From positions 102,736,001 to 102,800,000 of the forward strand of contig NW_024704742.1 of NCBI RefSeq assembly GCF_018977255.1: a DNA stretch of 64,000 nt, read 5' to 3'. The notes under the pieces were generated by a model. The model did not search any database. It saw only the letters and a program-made list of their open reading frames with translations, and was not told the origin of the DNA. The first letter of the stretch is position 1, and each line of letters begins with the position of its first letter. A program made the translations under genes and the position numbers. The stretch is from Callorhinchus milii. Taxonomy: Eukaryota. Shown one piece after another: positions 58,497 to 64,000 of the stretch.

Positions 58497-59004
58497 ACGA
58501 ATAAATAATAAATAATAATAAATAAATAATAATAAAAATAATCTTTACGTTTGATATAGCAGTTTGAGCAAAAATATTAGTTTAAATACTGAGATGAATA
58601 TACTCTTGCTCTCTGTCTTACTAGTCAGATCAGGTCTGCTCTATCTTTTGTTTTTGCCCATTAAGGTTAGCACGGATTTTATTCCACTCAGAAATGTAAG
58701 GGAATATCAGCCTCACATTGCTGATTGGTTAGTCCTAGCTGTCATACTGCAAGCTTTGTTTCATCAGCTTTTTTTGTGTTCTTTTATGTGACTAATTTAT
58801 GGGGGGTTAATAATAATAATCCATTAAAAAAAAGTGGTCACTCAATCCACGACTGTTTGTGGGAAACTGCTGTGTACAATTGGCTGCCATGTTACGTCCA
58901 CAAAATATACAGTCAATTCTCTTTACAGTATATTCTGTGAAGCACTTTGCGACGTCCTGAAGACCTGATGAGGTGCTATATCAAATGCAAGGATTATTAT
59001 TATT

Positions 59005-59410
59005 ATCGCACCTTATCACATCGTTGAGATGGCTCAAAGCACTTTACAATGGATTGACTGTATATTTTGTGGTGGAACGCAACAGCTAATTTGCACACAG
59101 CAATGTCCCACAGAAAGTCATGGAGTAAGTGACCAATTTTATTTGGGAGATTCATTGGCCAACACAGCAGGAGAAACTCCCTTCTCTTTTTGAATAGTAC
59201 ATTGAATCTTTAACATTCACTTAAACAGGCAGACCATACATCGGTTTAATGACTCATCCAAAGGTCAAAACTTCCAACAATGCGACACACCTCCAGCACT
59301 GCACTGGAGTGTCAGTTTAAGACCATATGATTCCAAGTCCTGATGTGGGGCTTAAACCCACAACCTTCTGATTCAAAGGTGAAAGTTTACCACTGAGCCA
59401 GGCTGACACC
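59005..59410 (-). mobile_element. full-length Deu-domain tRNA-SINE (tail-to-tail with a + strand SINE at about 58810-59005)
   Basis: Deu core and head tggctcagtggtaaac..gggtttaagcccc. Confidence 0.87.
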
Positions 59411-61365
59411 TAAGTCCAAAAATCATCCATCCTATCAATCAACATTGTCCAATTCACCCTAGACACACTCCATCTGAACTTTCTCCAATACATCATTTGA
59501 AAAATCCTGAATTGAGATATAATGGGGTTGAAAAGGGGACATGGCATCACTGATAATTATGGTCCGACTAATTTAGAATTAAAGATTGGCCGCAGACATG
59601 AAATCCCTCCAAACACAACACCATAAATCTGAACCTCCGGAATTCTATCTGGTCTTAGTCTGTTAGACCACTTAGTCTTAAAATTTAAGATTGTGCAGAG
59701 TTGTGAAAAATTCTTGAAATCGGTCTTTATTTAGAACTCAGTTTGGGGTAGGTTGTTAGACAACCACAACTTGCACTTTCACATAAGAGAATGCCTTGAA
59801 TAGAGAACAGGGAACAGAGCAAGATGCGAGTCGGAGAGGTAGGAGGGGGATGAGCCAAGGAGCAGTCAAAGATATACATTTTTAGAAGGGTTTTGAAAGC
59901 AGCAAGAGAGGATGTGAGATAGAGGGACTTGGGGAGATATTTCCAAAAAGAAGGGTCATAGAGGCTGAAAGCTTGTCCATCAATGGTGGGGCAGAGTGAG
60001 CAGGGGTGTATAGCAGGCCCAAATTATCAGATGGAGGGAATAGGTGGAGGAGATGGACTGAGAGCAGAGATAGGGTAGGACAAGGGTGTGGGGGCATTTG
60101 AAAATCAAAACAAGGATCTTGAAATGAAAAGGACCAGCTTCCAAATTAAGTCTGAATTGATGAATTTTTCATTGTTTTATTTGATCTTAGTTCTAAAACT
60201 AGATGGAATTTTGCACAATTGTTGAATATTAATAGATTCTTAAAACATATTTAGGCTTTTTATCATGGCAGATTAACTGGTCTATGAATCCCTGAGCATG
60301 TCTCACTCATGTATAAACTACCAGAATAATTTTTTTTTTAATCTTGAGATGTAACTGTTTAAGACTCCTAAAAGCATTAACCAGTGCCCACATGCTTTTA
60401 TTCCAAATACTTGTATCTATTATTTCCCCATATCTACTCAAAGGTGTTTGCAAAAAATTAAGACAAATTCAAATGTGGTGATTGAAATTGGTTTATTTTG
60501 ATCATAAAATGTTAAATGTATTTAGTGTATATACTTTGTAGTCTTGCATATACTTGATATATATATAATGTTATATATTTAACACAGACTATGTAGCTAA
60601 GGAGCTTTCCTAATGTTTGCTTTTAGTGGTTTATACCTGGTGAAAAAGGCTTGTACAGATGAGGACTTTATGATAGGATCAATGAAGAATCAGGAGTAAT
60701 CCCTCTTGGGCAAAATAAGTGGTTTGTTGGAGGGGTTAGACAGGTGTCTGACACATGTGGTAACCACAATTGTTAAAACAGATAAGAGTTTTACCTCCTT
60801 ATTCAAGTACTGATCTCCTGACAGAATATTACATCGCTTACCCTAGTACTGATCTCCAGGTAAATTTTCAGGGGATATGAAAAAATTAGTCAGAATACAG
60901 TGGCAGGAATTGTTGGCCGGTAAATTGACGGGCAAACAGTGGAATCTATTGAAAAAGATGAAATATACATACCAAAACCAGTCTATACCCATGAACAGCA
61001 AAGATTTTACTTCTGATATGAAGCAACAGTTCAATTAAAATGATTACCATCAGTCTTAAACAAAACAAAAGGCTTGTGAAACGACAAGAGATAATGGCAA
61101 GACTGGAGACGTGGAACAATATAGAGAGCAGAAAAAAGAGAAAAAGAAAATAATACAGAACACAAGGTAGGAATATGAAAAAAAAACTTCAGGTGGTATC
61201 TGAGTAACAGCAAAGCATTTCAAAATATTGTAGATTTTTTTTATTATTAATCATCTAATTATATAGAGCACTGTTCAGACCTCACTCCCTTCAGGTTTAG
61301 GCATCCAAACTTAGGAAGAATAGGTAGGGTATCCAATGCTGATTCAATAGAGTAATACCTCGACT

Positions 61366-61908
61366 TAATAATAATAATAATCCTTGCATTTGATATAGCG
61401 CTTTTCACGTCAGGAGGACGTCCCAAAGCGCTTCACAGAACATACTGCAAAGTGAATTGACTGTATATTTGTGGGCGAACGCGGCAGCCAATTGCGCACA
61501 GCAATGTCCCACAAACAGTCGTAGATTGAAAATGACCAATTTATTATTGGTTTTTTTGAAGGGATTATTATTAGGCGTGTGGAGTAAGGAAACTTGCCCA
61601 AGGTTTCGCCCTGACCTGGAATTGAACTCAGGTCTCTCACTTGCAAAGCGAGTGCTCTAACCACTGAGCTACAGGACTCCACAATAATAATCCTTGCATT
61701 TGATATAGCGCTTTTCACGTCGGGAGGACGTCCCAAAGCGCTTCACAGAACACACTGCAAAGTGAATTGACTGTATATTTGTGGGCGAACGCGGCAGCCA
61801 ATTGCGCACAGCAATGTCCCACAAACAGTCGTAGATTGAAAATGACCAATTTATTATTTATTATTAATTTATTATTGTTTTTGGAGGGATTATTATTAGG
61901 CGTGTGGA
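61366..61908 (-). mobile_element. head-to-tail pair of young CORE-like SINEs
   Basis: full copy 61366-61680 directly adjoined by a near-identical headless copy 61683-61908. Confidence 0.92.
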
Positions 61909-63409
61909 TTAATTATTATTATTAAATTATTATTAATTATTATTAAAGGCCTTAGCTGTAAAAATAATAATAAAATAAGATATATATTTACATTTGTAAA
62001 GTGCCTTTTACTTTGGGAGGATGTCACAAGGCACTCATTCTGTTTGGCACCCAAGCTGTGGTAGGAGCTAACAGGGGGAGCAGAAAGGTGAGTGAAAATG
62101 TGATCAAAGAGGTAGGTCTTGAGAAGGACCTTTAACAAAGTGAGGGAGGGAGTCAGAGGGACTCCAGGATGGAGTTCCAGAGAGCAGGGCAGGTAGGCTG
62201 AATGTCTTTCCACTGGGAGGATATTGTGCCTTTCACATCGGAGGAAATCTGAAAGTGCTCCATAGGATTTAGTGTAAAGTGTAGTGACAGTATTTTGCAG
62301 CAGTTGATTTGCACACAAACAGCCAAAAAGTGAATGAAAAATGTTCCCTGTGTCTGGAAATTTCAGTCTGGTTTGTAGACTCTTAAGCATAGTGTTAGGT
62401 TTTCGCATGTATCAGATACCAGGCTTTACCAAAAAAAAATGCTATTCGTTTCACTTCACTATACATATGGAAAAGCTGTTTAGTCTGCATCTCAGACACT
62501 CAGAGGTCACACCAAGCACAACCTAGATTGAAAAAAGTAATGTGTAGGTGAAATTAAGGCGTAAAGTCAGTAAGTGGGTTGAAGGTCAAATACTGTTCTG
62601 TATATAACTAGAAACTATTCTTAATACATAAGAGTTCCCTTGTTCAAACTTATTCTTGTGTAAGGATATGCTTTCATGAACTCACTTCCTACGTTAAACT
62701 CTAAATTAGCTAAACTCGCAGAAATAGTTTTAGCCACAGACATGATCAGGAATCATGTTTTTTTTAAATCATTTTTATGGCAAATGCAGAAGGAACGTAT
62801 CTTTATGTCTTTCTCCCTAGTGGGTACCGTGCTAAAGAAGTAATTGCTGACTTTCTGTATTAAATCTGACAGTACACTGGCACTGGTGGAAAATTGTTAG
62901 AATTGCTGTGGTATTCAGATGAATAAATAATACACCGCTTTGGATTGCAGTAAAATGAACCAAATCAGACCCATTTGTTCAGAAGAATAAAGCCCTAATT
63001 GAGAACATTTGCAAGGGGAATTGAAAGAGGTCTAGAAAAAGCCATTCGCATTTTACATCACCGCAGTCCCCTGGACAGACTGTTTTACAGCATGTGGCAA
63101 CTGGCTGATAGAAAGTTTAGAAACTTCATATTTGTTGGAATGGGATATACATTTGGGTACAATTCTGATTGAGGCTCACAGACAGGTCAAAGGAGAGCCA
63201 TTGCAGAGTCAATGATCAAAATAATTCTGTTATTTTACCATTTCTACCCTATCCTCTCACACAGTCCAAAAACTGGGACTGCAATTCGAAATCACAGACA
63301 TCCATCCCAAAGTCAACTAACGTATTTAATTGAAACGTGACAGAAGGCAATATTATTAGCAATCTGCATGCACTCACCAAATGGGTAAACTTGCAGGACA
63401 GACTGTGTG

Positions 63410-63656
63410 GGAGAGAGTGAGTGAGTGAGTGAGTGAGAAAGAGAGAGAGAGGGAGAGAGAGAATGAGAGGGAAAAACATTGCCCAGAAACGATTTGGGAG
63501 CTCTGAATTCGAAGCTGTTTCAGATTTGCAAACTTTTGCAACGCATTTTGCCACCAATTCGTGGCTGGATCGCAAAGCCTAAAAATCCTGAGAGCCCAGA
63601 GCTTCGGGTGGGAGGAAGAGTGACAAGTGACAAGCAGAGAGAGAGAGAGAGAGAGA
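63410..63656. repeat. (GAGT)n/(GA)n microsatellites
   Basis: tracts at 63410-63470 and 63636-63656. Confidence 0.9.
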
Positions 63657-63828
63657 AACCCTTGCAAATATTGGACCCATGCAAAACCCCGGAGCCTCCC
63701 ATTGACAATTCAGAAGGAATAACCCTCTGGAAATAACCCCAGAGGTTTGACATGGATTCACTTTACTGAGGCATTTTTGGTTTGGTTTTGCTTCAGTGAG
63801 AGCTGCACTTCTCAAACTGCAGTTAGTA

Positions 63829-64000
63829 GGTGTGTGTGAGTGGAGTGGAGTGAGTGGAGTGGAGTGAATGAGTGAGTGGAGTGGAGTAGAGTGAGTGAAA
63901 TGCAGTGGAGTGAGTGGAGTAGAGTAGAGTAGAGTAGAGTGGAGTGGAGTGGAGTGGAGTGGATTGGAATGGAGTGAGTGAAGTGAGTGGAGTGGAGTGG
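63829..64000. repeat. (GGAGT/AGAGT)n pentamer tandem repeat running off the window end
   Basis: ggagtggagtggagt.. with variants. Confidence 0.95.

Noticed and set aside
60842..60945. Minus-strand segment with good acceptor and gtaagc donor
   Set aside because: Stop codons in all three frames and no aminopeptidase similarity; cannot be supported without transcripts.

Overview
Vertebrate genomic DNA, not prokaryotic. The SINE/LINE content suggests a cartilaginous fish, possibly a holocephalan (inference). The window is dominated by one minus-strand gene encoding an M1 zinc aminopeptidase, most like laeverin/aminopeptidase Q (LVRN; ANPEP-type exon structure). I mapped 19 coding exons (exons 2-20, 48625->6296, 2284 nt, 760 codons plus stop) with consistent phases and no internal stops. 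The gene has an intact HEXXH(X)18E motif and catalytic Tyr, a SAMEN variant of GXMEN, and one obligatory GC-AG intron. The large first (membrane-anchor) coding exon was not found in the window. Introns are packed with tRNA-derived SINEs (CORE-like and Deu-domain), L2 and CR1 fragments and small DNA-transposon MITEs. The most notable non-genic items are: (1) a decayed Rep-encoding Helitron plus a short non-autonomous partner sharing both termini; (2) an inverted second copy of the Helitron catalytic motif at its breakpoint; (3) an unidentified A-tailed, TSD-flanked retroposon family with competing hairpins; (4) a hammerhead-ribozyme core inside a 31-bp inverted repeat; (5) a perfect DR4 element. 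I cannot demonstrate a wholly new biological system from sequence alone. Repeat boundaries are approximate except where termini or TSDs are quoted.
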